Counted from the stretch's first letter, positions 1-9,869 are shown. The stretch: DNA of 35,990 nt from Nanobdellota archaeon (GCA_023131705.1 JAGLZG010000078.1:1-35990), one strand, 5' to 3'. Program-made: numbers and translations. Notes: a model not told the origin generated them from the letters alone.

Positions 1-252
1 GGAAGTCCAAAGAGGATCAATGCAATCCTTGACAAGACAAAAAAGGAGCAGAAAAAAACAGGATGGGAATTCATTTCACTGCTGCAAGCTGGATTTGAAT
101 GTGGAGGGAAGGTCTCAGTCACAAGCAGAGAGATTCCCAACAGGACTGAATTCAAGATTGAATCAATCAGGCATACTGGAGATACAAATGGCATGTCATT
201 CAATACGATTCTGGAGACATCTGATCTGGCTGTCCCAACTGGAGCATCATAA
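1..252 (+). CDS. Baseplate hub protein, C-terminal part (5'-truncated)
   Basis: Frame 1 is open from base 1: GSPKRIN...GWEFISLLQAGFECGGKVSVTS...FKIESIRHTGDTNG...GAS*. The HxGDT motif and position before the spike gene fit a hub protein. Not in the ORF track. Confidence 0.75.
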   Translation, partial: GSPKRINAILDKTKKEQKKTGWEFISLLQAGFECGGKVSVTSREIPNRTEFKIESIRHTGDTNGMSFNTILETSDLAVPTGAS

Positions 253-414
253 TGTCAAGTAAAATCAATTACGAATATCGTAATGGAAGGGAATCCGGAA
301 TCCGCCGGCCAGAAACTCAATTTGGCATTTTTGATATTAAAAACATCAATTATACCCTGTTGCGAAAAATGCAATGTTTTGCTTGAATATTTACAATTAA
401 GAAGATGAAAAATA

Positions 415-1167
415 ATGCCTAAATCATTGACAGAAGCAATTGAGAATGTTGTCTGGAATATACTTTCAGACCTTCACACTTGCATCCCTGCTGTTATTGA
501 GAAATATGATCACAAAACTCACAAAGCAGATGTCAAGCCAATGATTACAAAGACATATACAGATGGGACAGAGATGAAGCTTCCAGTCATTTCAAGTGTT
601 CCTGTTGTTTTTCCCAGAAGCAAGGAAGCAAGCTTCACATTCCCAATCAAAAAAGGAGATGGAGTGTTGCTTGTCTTCTCAGAGAGACCTCTGGACACAT
701 GGCTCTCAACAGGAAAAGAGAGTCCTCCCAATGATGGGAGAAAATTTGATTTGACAGATGCCATTGCAATTGTTGGGCTCTTCTCATTTGAAGAGCCAGC
801 TCTGGAGGATAACAATGAGGATGCATTGATCAAATATAAAGATTCTGAGATCAGGATCAAGAAGAGTGGAGACATCATCATCAATTGCAAGAAGGCAACT
901 GTCAATGCATCTGGTGATATAAAGCTGGGAGATGGGACAGTCAAGAAGCTGGTCAATGAGGAGTTTGTCAATCTCTACAACAACCATGTCCATAATTATA
1001 TTGACACAAATGCAGCAGCAGTGATCATTGGAAGCACATCAACTCCAGCCTCATTGACAGGATTGGGAGTTGTTCCTGTTGCAACACTTCCAGCTGTCCC
1101 TCCATCTGGGCTGCTGGGAGATTCAATTGGCAACAGCCATATGACTTCAAAGACAGAGGCTGAATGA
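415..1167 (+). CDS. Baseplate central spike (Gp138/gpV-like)
   Basis: N-terminal OB-fold-like segment (VPVVFPR..FTFPIKKGDGVLLVFSER, R.FDLTDAIAIVG); C-terminal HVH metal-binding motif. Confidence 0.85.
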   Translation: MPKSLTEAIENVVWNILSDLHTCIPAVIEKYDHKTHKADVKPMITKTYTDGTEMKLPVISSVPVVFPRSKEASFTFPIKKGDGVLLVFSERPLDTWLSTGKESPPNDGRKFDLTDAIAIVGLFSFEEPALEDNNEDALIKYKDSEIRIKKSGDIIINCKKATVNASGDIKLGDGTVKKLVNEEFVNLYNNHVHNYIDTNAAAVIIGSTSTPASLTGLGVVPVATLPAVPPSGLLGDSIGNSHMTSKTEAE

Positions 1168-1547
1168 TGAAGGATTTGAAATTGACAACAGTGAGCGATC
1201 CAACAACTCAGAATCCAGACCATGATCTGGCGATTGAGAATTATGATCTTGTGCTCATTGATGGGATTGAACAGGTTGCACAAAATTTGAGGATAAGATT
1301 ATGGTTTTTCTTTGGGGAGTGGTTTCTTGACACATCACAGGGAGTCAGATTCTTTGAGGATGTAAATGTGAAAGAGCCTAATTTTCCAAATATAGAATCA
1401 CTGCTCAAGGATATGATCCTGAGCACTCAAGATGTCCAGAGCCTTCTTGAATTTACAATGGAATATGACAGGACACAGAGAAAGTTGACAGTTGAATTCA
1501 CTGTCAATACAACCTTTGGACAGTTACCGATCACAGAGGAGCTTTAA
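1164..1547 (+). CDS. Baseplate wedge / sheath initiator (gp25/gp46-like)
   Basis: Q.LRIRL..F.GEWFLDTSQG motif; lies between spike and baseplate J. Confidence 0.85.
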   Translation: MMKDLKLTTVSDPTTQNPDHDLAIENYDLVLIDGIEQVAQNLRIRLWFFFGEWFLDTSQGVRFFEDVNVKEPNFPNIESLLKDMILSTQDVQSLLEFTMEYDRTQRKLTVEFTVNTTFGQLPITEEL

Positions 1548-1549
1548 AA

Positions 1550-3271
1550 ATGAATTATGGAATCACATCAGATGGATTCTTGAAAAAGAGCCTTGTCATA
1601 TTGAAGGCTGAGAGAGAGGATGCTCTCAGGGCTGTCTTTGGGGAGATCAATGTTGATGCAGCTTCTGTCTTTGGACAAATGATTGGAGTGGAGACAAAGA
1701 CACAGGCTGATATATGGGAGCTGCTTGAGATCATATATCATTCCATGTCTCCATCCAGTGCTGAGGGAGTCCTGCTTGATAATGTCTGTCAATACACTGG
1801 AATCACAAGACTGGCAGCCTCAAAGACTGAAGTTGTTGGAGCTCTTATTGGAGATTCCCTGACATCAGTGCCAGCTGGGACTCTTGTGAGTGTTCAGGAG
1901 ACAAAGGAAATTTTTGAGACAACTGAGCTGAAAGTCATTGACAAAACAGATGTCCTGAAGACAACAATTGAGATTGATGATGTTGCAATTTTATATGCAT
2001 ATACAGTCACTATTGATGGGAGTCCATATGTCTATGTCTGCAATGTCCTGACTGTTGAGGATGTTGCTTCAAATCTGGTTGCTGTCATTGATGCAGGACA
2101 GGATGCTGTTGATGTTGTTGACAATTTGGATGGGACATTCACTCTGACTATTGCCGATAAAAGGACATCCTTCTCAGTTGACATCTCTCCTGCTCATATG
2201 TCATATGTTAATCTGGGGACTCCAGTGGATTTCATTGCTCAGAATACTGGATCAATCATCTGTCCAGCAAATACAATGACAGTGATTGAGACTCCAGTGG
2301 CTGGGCTCTCTTCTGTGGTCAATCTTCTTGATGGAGCAACAGGCAGAGATCAGGAGACTGATGTTGAGCTCAGGATCAGAAGGAAAGAGAGTCTCAAAGT
2401 TGTTGGGGCTGGAAGTGTTGAGGCTATTATGGCAAGGCTGTCTCAGGAAGTTGAGGGAGTCTCAACAGTCAGAGTCATTGAAAATTTTACTTTGATTGAC
2501 AGTCAGAGACTGATCTTTGATGCTGCCTTTGTGACAGGGAATGTGATCAATGGCAAGGTCAATGGAATAGCATGGATTCAAGTGCCATTCAATACAAATC
2601 ATGATCTGACAGCTGTTGATCTGGTTGCTGCAATTGATGCTCTCACAGATGTCTCATGCATCCTTGATCCAAATGATACAGACAACAGGACATTCATTAT
2701 TGACAAGGTTGTTGATGTCAATGTCACTGATGTTGCGGTCACTGGAGGAGCTTCACAGGCAGGGAGTTCTGTTGTGGATTCAACTCCTCCCAAATCATTT
2801 GAGGCTGTCCTTGTTGGAGGAGATGAGGCAGAAATTGCACAGAAGATATGGGAAGTCAAGCCAGCTGGGATTGAGACCTTTGGGACAACATCAGAGACAA
2901 TCACTGACTCACAAGGAATTGATCATGTGATCAAATTCTCCAGACCTGTATATCAATATGCTCATGTCAAGGTCTCTCTCACTCTGAACCCAGAGGAGCA
3001 ATTCCCTGATAATGGAGAGGCAGTGATCCAGCAGAATATCCTTGACATTGGCAATTTGAACAGCATTGGAGATGATATCATCTTGCAGAAATTTTATTCA
3101 GCAATTTTTGATGAGGAGACTGGAGTTGATGGGGTTGCATCAGCTGATATTGAGCTGGCAGTCACTGCAAATCCTCTTGACAGTCCAGCATATTTGACAT
3201 CAAATATACCGATTGCACCGACTGAGATTGCTGTCTTTGACTTAACAAGAATAATAATTCTTATTCTATAA
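1550..3271 (+). CDS. Baseplate J/gp47 family protein with two inserted domains
   Basis: YGITSDGF start, A.GVLLD...GITR, G.DQETDVELRIR, PPKSFEAVLVGG..EIAQKIW..KPAGI.T.G, IKFSRP motifs. Confidence 0.92.
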   Translation: MNYGITSDGFLKKSLVILKAEREDALRAVFGEINVDAASVFGQMIGVETKTQADIWELLEIIYHSMSPSSAEGVLLDNVCQYTGITRLAASKTEVVGALIGDSLTSVPAGTLVSVQETKEIFETTELKVIDKTDVLKTTIEIDDVAILYAYTVTIDGSPYVYVCNVLTVEDVASNLVAVIDAGQDAVDVVDNLDGTFTLTIADKRTSFSVDISPAHMSYVNLGTPVDFIAQNTGSIICPANTMTVIETPVAGLSSVVNLLDGATGRDQETDVELRIRRKESLKVVGAGSVEAIMARLSQEVEGVSTVRVIENFTLIDSQRLIFDAAFVTGNVINGKVNGIAWIQVPFNTNHDLTAVDLVAAIDALTDVSCILDPNDTDNRTFIIDKVVDVNVTDVAVTGGASQAGSSVVDSTPPKSFEAVLVGGDEAEIAQKIWEVKPAGIETFGTTSETITDSQGIDHVIKFSRPVYQYAHVKVSLTLNPEEQFPDNGEAVIQQNILDIGNLNSIGDDIILQKFYSAIFDEETGVDGVASADIELAVTANPLDSPAYLTSNIPIAPTEIAVFDLTRIIILIL

Positions 3272-3287
3272 ATTAAGGAGTTAAATC

Positions 3288-6200
3288 ATGGGTAAATTAG
3301 TTCAACCAGTTGGATTTGTTGGAGATTTCAAAGAGGATGGAGCAGTCCATTTCAAATGGTCAACAGCAGATCAGAATGGAGCTTCAATCACAAGGTCAAC
3401 TCAGGGGACAGTCAAAGTCTATAAGGATAACAATACAGCTCAGTCAAGCACTTCAGGAATCACCGACACAAAGGATTTCCATGCACTCACTGGAATCCAT
3501 GCTTGCACAATTGATCTCTCTTCAGATGCATTCTATGCTCATGGACATAATTATACTGTTATATGTCAAGATATGGTGGTTGATACAAAGGCAGTCTCAG
3601 ATGTGATTGGTCAATTTAGCATTGAAAACAGGGCAGCAGATATCAGAAAAATAAATGGAGGCAAGACAGATGGGAATAATGCAGTATTGAAATTGAAACA
3701 ATTACATATTATCAATGATGCAAATTCAGCCGCAATCCATTCTGAGGGAGCTGGAGGAGGAGCTGCAAGTCATGGCATCAAGGCAATTGGAGACACAGGA
3801 GCAAATGGAATTGATGCAGAGGGAGCTGTTGCTGGGATTAATGGAAGAGGAGGCTCTGGAGCTGGAGGTCAATTCACATCTGTCTCAGGGAAGGGAGTCT
3901 ATATTCAAGGAGCTTCTGGACAGATAGGACTCCATGTTGCAGGAATCAATCAAGCAGCTGTCAAGCTGGAAGGCTCAGGGACAGGCTCTCCATATGGTCT
4001 CTGGATTCTGTCAGCAGCGAATTCCCCAGCCTGTTATATGCAGGGATATGGAGATGGAGCTGGTCTCTATTGCAAAGGAGGAGTCACAGGAAAAGGAGTC
4101 CAGATTCTGGGAGGCAACACTTCTGGAAGTGGACTTGAGATCACAGCAGTTGATGGACATGGAATCCAGATTGTGGCTCAGGGCAACAAGCAGGGAGTCT
4201 GGATTGAAGGCTCTGGGACTGGCAATGGAATGTATATCAAAGGAGGAGCTTCTGGTGATGGAATTCACACTGAGGGAGGAGCAACCATTGGAGAGGGAAT
4301 CCATGCCAAATCAACAGGAGCAAATGGAATTCTTGCTCAGACAGTCCTTGCAGCTGGAAATGGTATCAAAGCTCAGGGAGGAGGCTCTGGAGCTGGACTG
4401 ATTGCTTCTGGAGGGACAGGAATCACAGGAGAGGGAGTGACTCATGGGATTGAAGCAATTGGGAATCAGGATGGAATCCATGCTGAGACAGTCTCTCCAT
4501 CATCAGGTCATGGGATCAGAGCAATAGGTCTTGGAGGTCATGGAATCTATGCAACTGGAGACACTGACTTTGATGGGATCAGGGCTGTTGGGACAGGGAC
4601 AGGATCAGGATTGAAGCTTGTCAAAGGTGCAACAGGGAAGGGAGTTGATGCTCAGGAGATCGGCTCTGTCTTCAATATTGATGGAGTCTCTGGAGCTGGC
4701 ATCCTTGACATATTGAAATTATTTGCAGACTCTGTTGGAGGAGGCAATTTTGACAAGACAACAGACAGCCTTGAGAAAATATCAGAAGGTCTTGGATCAG
4801 TCACTGGAGATGTCAATGTTGTTGCAATCTCAGGAGATGGAGGAGCTGCTGATGCTCTTGAGGCAATCCTTGACGGGACAGGAGCAAGGATTGACTTGAC
4901 AAAGCTGAAGATCAATGCAAGTGATGCAAATGGAGCTGTTGAGATTCTGAATGCTGCTGGCAAGGGAATCAATATTGTTGCAACAGGAGGAGAGGGAATC
5001 TATTGTCAAGGAACAACAGGAGTATATACCAAAGCATCCTCCAGCACTGGAAAAGGAATGATGATTGAGAGCGGGGCAAATGGAATTGCTCTGTATCTCA
5101 AGGGGACAAATGTTTCTGGATTAGAAATCTATGGAGGCGGATTTGGAGGAGCTGCTGTCCATATAAAGGCAAGGGGAGGCAGTAGAGGAGATGGAATCAG
5201 AGTTGATGGAGATGAACATGGAGTCTCATTCTATTCAGGAGGAGGCGGCACATATGAGAGACATGGATTTTATTGTGTCGGAAATGGGAAGGCAGGAAGC
5301 TCTGGAATAAAAGCAAATGGGACATCAAATGGATCAAGAGGAATGACACTTTTTGGAGCTGGATTTGGAGCATATGGACTGGTCATTCAGAATGGATCAT
5401 CAGCTGGAGTTGCAACATTAAAAATCAACAATACAGGTTCTGCTGCTGCTCCAGCGGTTCAGATCACAGGATATGGCTCTGGAGCTGGAGTGGAGATTGT
5501 TGGAGGCGACAATGGTCATGGCATTCACTCAAAGGGAGGATCATCAATTGGACATGGAATTCTGGCTGAGGGAGTTGCTGGAAATTATGATGGATTCAAG
5601 GCTCTGGGACATGGAGATGGAGCTGGGATCAGGGCTGAGGGAGGAGACAACAACAGCAATGGAATTGAAGCTGTTGGGATCGGCTCAGGTTCAGGACTAA
5701 AGGCTCTGGCTGGAGTGACAGGTCATGGCATCCTTGCTCTTGGAGGAGCAACATCTGGAGATGGGATCAAGACTCTTGGACAGACTTCTGGATCAGGGAT
5801 CAACTCAATTGGAGCTGGAGGACTGGCTGGAATGAAGATCAGTGCTGCTGGGACTGCTGTTGGACTTGACCTCTCTGGAGGAGGCACTCAGGGAGCTGGA
5901 ATCCATATTCAGGGAGGAGGAGGCAACAGTCAAGCAATGCTCATTGAGGGAGCTGGGAATGCTGCTGGAGTTGATATTCTTGGAGGAACAACAGGGATTG
6001 GAGTGAGCATTAAATCTCAGGGAGGAGCTGTTGGAATGTTGATTCAGGGACAGGGGACTGATGCTGTTGGAATCAGGACTCTTGGCAATGGAGCTGGAGC
6101 TGGATTCAAAGTTGAGGCTGGGACAGGGAAGGCAATTGACGCAGGAGAGATTGACACTATCCTCAGCAGAATTGGAGTGCCAGCAAATATTGACACAGGA

Positions 6201-6755
6201 GGAGCCTCTCTTGCAGATAACATCAAGAAGATGTGTGATGATTCAGCAGGGACTGTCTTTGATGCAACATCTGACAGCCTTGCAAAGCTGAGGCTTGCAA
6301 TTGATGCAGCTGGCATCACTCCTCAAGCTGTCAGGGATGCAATGAAGCTTGCTCCATCAGGAGGAGCTCCTGCTTCTGGATCAGTTGATGATCATCTGGA
6401 TGATATCCTTGAAGACACAGGGACAACCATTCCAGCAAGCCTCACTGATCTGAACAATGATCTTGCAGTGGTTGATGGAGTTGTTGATGATACAAATGAC
6501 AGAGTGAAGCTCATCGAGCCTCAATCTCAGGCAATATATGACAAGCTCCCAGCTGGAGACATTTCAGACTTTACAGAGGAGACATTGCTTGATGGAATAC
6601 AGACTGGAGTGATCCTTCAGCTTGTTCTTGCAATGGTTGATGGAAGGTTCAGAGTTGACTATCCATCAGCAGGGAAGTTGACATTTTTCAAGAGAGACAA
6701 TGTGACTGCTCTGACAGTGGTTGATGTGACAGCTGCTGGCAGGACAAGAGATTGA
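3288..6755 (+). CDS. Large Gly-rich beta-solenoid virion fibre protein
   Basis: Hundreds of residues of G-x-G(I/L)x(A/I)xG repeats in two blocks; located in the baseplate module. Confidence 0.7.
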   Translation: MGKLVQPVGFVGDFKEDGAVHFKWSTADQNGASITRSTQGTVKVYKDNNTAQSSTSGITDTKDFHALTGIHACTIDLSSDAFYAHGHNYTVICQDMVVDTKAVSDVIGQFSIENRAADIRKINGGKTDGNNAVLKLKQLHIINDANSAAIHSEGAGGGAASHGIKAIGDTGANGIDAEGAVAGINGRGGSGAGGQFTSVSGKGVYIQGASGQIGLHVAGINQAAVKLEGSGTGSPYGLWILSAANSPACYMQGYGDGAGLYCKGGVTGKGVQILGGNTSGSGLEITAVDGHGIQIVAQGNKQGVWIEGSGTGNGMYIKGGASGDGIHTEGGATIGEGIHAKSTGANGILAQTVLAAGNGIKAQGGGSGAGLIASGGTGITGEGVTHGIEAIGNQDGIHAETVSPSSGHGIRAIGLGGHGIYATGDTDFDGIRAVGTGTGSGLKLVKGATGKGVDAQEIGSVFNIDGVSGAGILDILKLFADSVGGGNFDKTTDSLEKISEGLGSVTGDVNVVAISGDGGAADALEAILDGTGARIDLTKLKINASDANGAVEILNAAGKGINIVATGGEGIYCQGTTGVYTKASSSTGKGMMIESGANGIALYLKGTNVSGLEIYGGGFGGAAVHIKARGGSRGDGIRVDGDEHGVSFYSGGGGTYERHGFYCVGNGKAGSSGIKANGTSNGSRGMTLFGAGFGAYGLVIQNGSSAGVATLKINNTGSAAAPAVQITGYGSGAGVEIVGGDNGHGIHSKGGSSIGHGILAEGVAGNYDGFKALGHGDGAGIRAEGGDNNSNGIEAVGIGSGSGLKALAGVTGHGILALGGATSGDGIKTLGQTSGSGINSIGAGGLAGMKISAAGTAVGLDLSGGGTQGAGIHIQGGGGNSQAMLIEGAGNAAGVDILGGTTGIGVSIKSQGGAVGMLIQGQGTDAVGIRTLGNGAGAGFKVEAGTGKAIDAGEIDTILSRIGVPANIDTGGASLADNIKKMCDDSAGTVFDATSDSLAKLRLAIDAAGITPQAVRDAMKLAPSGGAPASGSVDDHLDDILEDTGTTIPASLTDLNNDLAVVDGVVDDTNDRVKLIEPQSQAIYDKLPAGDISDFTEETLLDGIQTGVILQLVLAMVDGRFRVDYPSAGKLTFFKRDNVTALTVVDVTAAGRTRD

Positions 6756-6777
6756 TCTTTTAACATAAGGGAATAGT

Positions 6778-7509
6778 ATGACAATTGAGATCGGTGATCC
6801 TTTTAATATCTCCAAATTTGGGATCAAGATTCCATTCAGGGCTGGACTGATCGCAACTTTTGGATATATAGATTGGGAGGCTGTTGATCCCATTTATATC
6901 CCTGATTATATGGACAGAGTGAGAGGTCTCCTGATTGAGCAGCTGGAGAAAAAGAAGAGAGTCAATGACTACCTCCAGACCAATATTGACATCTGGCAAG
7001 AGATCGAAAAGGTTGCTCATGATGTTTATATCCTGAGAGGAATTTCTAATGCTGGAGGATACACTCTTGACATCATTGGAGAGATTGTTGGACTGGAGAG
7101 GAAGGGGCTGGATGATGATGAATATAGAGCTGCAATATACTTCCAGATATTCATCAATCTCTCAAATGGAGAGCCAGAGACACTGATTGCAGCTCTCCAA
7201 TTCTCAACCAATGCAGAGCTCATCAGATATCTTGAGATATATCCAGCTGAGGTCTTCATTCATACAGATGGAGACATTATTCCAGTTGACACAGCAGCAT
7301 CCATGCAATTAATTGCTCCAGCAGCTGTCAAGGTTCATGTTGCATATACTGGAGACCATGAGGAGAGACCTTTTTGCACTGGAGATGATGATGGATTCCC
7401 TCATCCAGCTGAGGGTGGTCATTGGGAAGAGCTGGGATATTTTGGAGCTGATCCAGATTATAAAAAGGGACAGCTTGTTGAATTGATCACAAACAGATTG
7501 CCAGTATAA
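6778..7509 (+). CDS. DUF2612-like baseplate wedge protein
   Basis: A.GYTLDIIGEIVGLER.GLDDDEYRAAI motif; YPA..; ~38-aa N-terminal extension. Confidence 0.8.
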   Translation: MTIEIGDPFNISKFGIKIPFRAGLIATFGYIDWEAVDPIYIPDYMDRVRGLLIEQLEKKKRVNDYLQTNIDIWQEIEKVAHDVYILRGISNAGGYTLDIIGEIVGLERKGLDDDEYRAAIYFQIFINLSNGEPETLIAALQFSTNAELIRYLEIYPAEVFIHTDGDIIPVDTAASMQLIAPAAVKVHVAYTGDHEERPFCTGDDDGFPHPAEGGHWEELGYFGADPDYKKGQLVELITNRLPV

Positions 7510-7528
7510 AAATAAAGGAGATTTACAT

Positions 7529-8188
7529 ATGACAAAGCCAGCCGAATTTCCAGATTGGGCTCTGAATAATGTCACAAGTCCAGTGTCAGGACAGCCAAAT
7601 GTCTCAGAGCCTTCAACAGCTGCAAAGAATCTTGGATTTGATTTCAAGCAATTTCCTCCCAGACAGTGGATCAACTGGCTGTTCAGATATATTGGTCAAT
7701 GGATTCACTGGCTTGATGATAATTTTGAAGAATTAATCGAGGGCGATATTTTATGCACATATCATGATGATGATGATGGGTCTCCTTATAATCAACCAGA
7801 ATTTAATTGTCATTGGATAAAGGATGTTAAAAAGAATTTATTATTTTTTAGAATACAAGATCATACTGTAACAAAATTAATTACTACAACTACTACATTG
7901 CGTATACGACCAAAAACAGGTAATTTTCCAAGTGAAATTATCCCAACTGATACCAATCAATTTTATGTTCCAGTGTTATTTCATTATGTAAAATTCGGGG
8001 TTGCTGGAAATAAAACTGTCTCAGGTGCTCTCATGTTTGAAAATAATTTTGCAGTAACAGACCCAATATATGTTTGTACATGGGATAACCCCTTAGTCTT
8101 GGTAAATTTCCATCTTACACCTTTTGGTTTTGATACAAATGGGAATGTTATTTTTAGAAATCAACAACTAATGTGGAGTTTATTATAA
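7529..8188 (+). CDS. Short tail fibre / receptor-binding protein
   Basis: N-terminal anchor KP..FPDWA...EP....K..G.....PPRQWINWLF typical of fibres following DUF2612; variable C-terminus. Confidence 0.75.
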   Translation: MTKPAEFPDWALNNVTSPVSGQPNVSEPSTAAKNLGFDFKQFPPRQWINWLFRYIGQWIHWLDDNFEELIEGDILCTYHDDDDGSPYNQPEFNCHWIKDVKKNLLFFRIQDHTVTKLITTTTTLRIRPKTGNFPSEIIPTDTNQFYVPVLFHYVKFGVAGNKTVSGALMFENNFAVTDPIYVCTWDNPLVLVNFHLTPFGFDTNGNVIFRNQQLMWSLL

Positions 8189-8245
8189 AAATACGAGATT
8201 AAAAATAGCTGTGTGATTATTTCTTATCTATGGATAGTATAAAAA

Positions 8246-8518
8246 ATGACAGATGATTTTGCAAAGAGAAAAGAATTGAATGGACTTGGAATGAGAGTCC
8301 ATGAGGTTGAGTTGACATCTGCAAGGCATGATGAGAGAATCAGCACATTGCAACTTAATACAGCAAAACATCAGAATGCTCTCTGGCAAGCAATAGATGC
8401 TCTCAAGGAATCCTCAACATCCATGATCATCAAGATATCAGTCATAATGGGAGGCATTGCAACAGCTGGATTTATTCTGACTCTCCTGATCCAGCTCTAT
8501 TTTGCATCAAAGGGATAG
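8246..8518 (+). CDS. Holin-like membrane protein (coiled coil plus one C-terminal TM helix)
   Basis: Hydrophobic ISVIMGGIATAGFILTLLIQLYF; directly upstream of the endolysin. Confidence 0.55.
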   Translation: MTDDFAKRKELNGLGMRVHEVELTSARHDERISTLQLNTAKHQNALWQAIDALKESSTSMIIKISVIMGGIATAGFILTLLIQLYFASKG

Positions 8519-8522
8519 TCAC

Positions 8523-8942
8523 ATGATCCTCAGATATATTCCAGTCTACTTCAGACCAGAGGAGCTTGTCCCAAAAGTTGTCTTTGAATTATTGGGAGCA
8601 GAGTCCCTCAATTTATTTGATCCAAGAATCCTGATCACTGCCGATCAGCTGAGATCACACTTTGGCAGATGCAACTGCAACACATGGCTTTGGGGAGGGA
8701 GATTCCATGAGAGAGGATTCAGACTGAGGCACTCTCAGACAGGAGCTCCTGAATCCATGCATAAGGATGCCAGAGGTCTTGATCTTGTCTTCATGGAGCT
8801 CACAGCAGCTGCTGTGAGGCAGGAGATCATGAGGAAGAGACACCTCTTTCCATTCATCACCAGAATGGAAAAGGGGAGGAGCTGGCTGCATTACGATAAC
8901 AAAGAGACAGGATCAAGCAAGATCATTTTATTCAAGCCTTAA
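8523..8942 (+). CDS. Endolysin, peptidase M15 family
   Basis: RGFR...SMH..ARGLD...WLHYD zinc-peptidase motif; start moved to ATG 8523. Confidence 0.85.
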   Translation: MILRYIPVYFRPEELVPKVVFELLGAESLNLFDPRILITADQLRSHFGRCNCNTWLWGGRFHERGFRLRHSQTGAPESMHKDARGLDLVFMELTAAAVRQEIMRKRHLFPFITRMEKGRSWLHYDNKETGSSKIILFKP

Positions 8943-8957
8943 TCACAGGAGGTACGC

Positions 8958-9869
8958 ATGAAGAGAGTCCTTGTTCTTGATGGAGGAGGAGCAAAGGGAG
9001 TGATCCAGTCTCAAGTCCTGAAGGATATTGAGAGGATCAAAGGCAGGAGGATCAGTGATATTTTTGATCTCATAGTTGGGACATCAGTTGGAGCTATTCT
9101 TGGAGGAATCTATGCATCAGGGAAGATGGATGCAAAATATATCCATGCTCTGCTGATGGACACTCTTCCAAAAGTGTTCAGGAAAAGACTGTTCAGGATT
9201 CCAAAATATAGCAGGAAGGCTCTTGACAATGTGTTGTCAAAGACAATTGGAAATGAATTCAGGATGAAGCAATGCAAGAGCAGATTCATTTGCACTGCTG
9301 TCAATATGGTTGATGGAAGGACTCACTATTTTAAAAGCTGGGAGGCTGTTGATGGAGAGCTCAGACTCAATGAGGCAATCACCAGATCATATGCAGCTCC
9401 TCTCTTCTTTGGATCAATAATTGACAACAAGAACAAAGCTGTCTGGCTTGATGGAGGGACAGGGAATGCCAATTGTCCTCTTCTGGAGGCTGTCATTGAG
9501 ACAGTCAGACAGAAGTGGCTGGGAGACAAGAATCAACATCAGAGTCCTGAGAAGGTTCATATCCTGAGCATTGGGACAGGTCACGTTGATTTCTCCATGT
9601 CATTCAAAAGAGCAAGGAGAGCAAGAACAATCAGGCAAGTCCTATTTTTCCTTGATCCGGCTGAGGGAGGACTGGCAAGGAACCAATCAACAGTGAGCAG
9701 AGTCCAGAAAATTAAGTCCCTCTCAACAATTATGAAAGAGCTCTCTTTCCAGAGATTGAATCCAGAAATCTCAAAAAGGCTGGACAGGATGGATGGAGTC
9801 CGATATCTTGAGACTTATCAAAATATAGGGGAATCCCTCTCAGACGGTATTGATCACTCCAAATTGTGA
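8958..9869 (+). CDS. Patatin-like phospholipase
   Basis: DGGGAKG oxyanion loop, GTSVG nucleophile elbow, SYAAP, DGG catalytic Asp; RBS CAGGAGG. Confidence 0.93.
   Translation: MKRVLVLDGGGAKGVIQSQVLKDIERIKGRRISDIFDLIVGTSVGAILGGIYASGKMDAKYIHALLMDTLPKVFRKRLFRIPKYSRKALDNVLSKTIGNEFRMKQCKSRFICTAVNMVDGRTHYFKSWEAVDGELRLNEAITRSYAAPLFFGSIIDNKNKAVWLDGGTGNANCPLLEAVIETVRQKWLGDKNQHQSPEKVHILSIGTGHVDFSMSFKRARRARTIRQVLFFLDPAEGGLARNQSTVSRVQKIKSLSTIMKELSFQRLNPEISKRLDRMDGVRYLETYQNIGESLSDGIDHSKL

Noticed and set aside
20-262. Track ORF of 80 aa
   Set aside because: Shadow of the frame-1 baseplate hub C-terminus (1-252), which carries recognisable motifs
7529-8188. Diversity-generating retroelement acting on the tail fibre
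   Set aside because: No reverse transcriptase and no template/variable repeat pair differing at adenines was seen in the window
8958-9869. CBASS system (CapV effector)
   Set aside because: No CD-NTase or ancillary genes nearby; context is the lysis cassette
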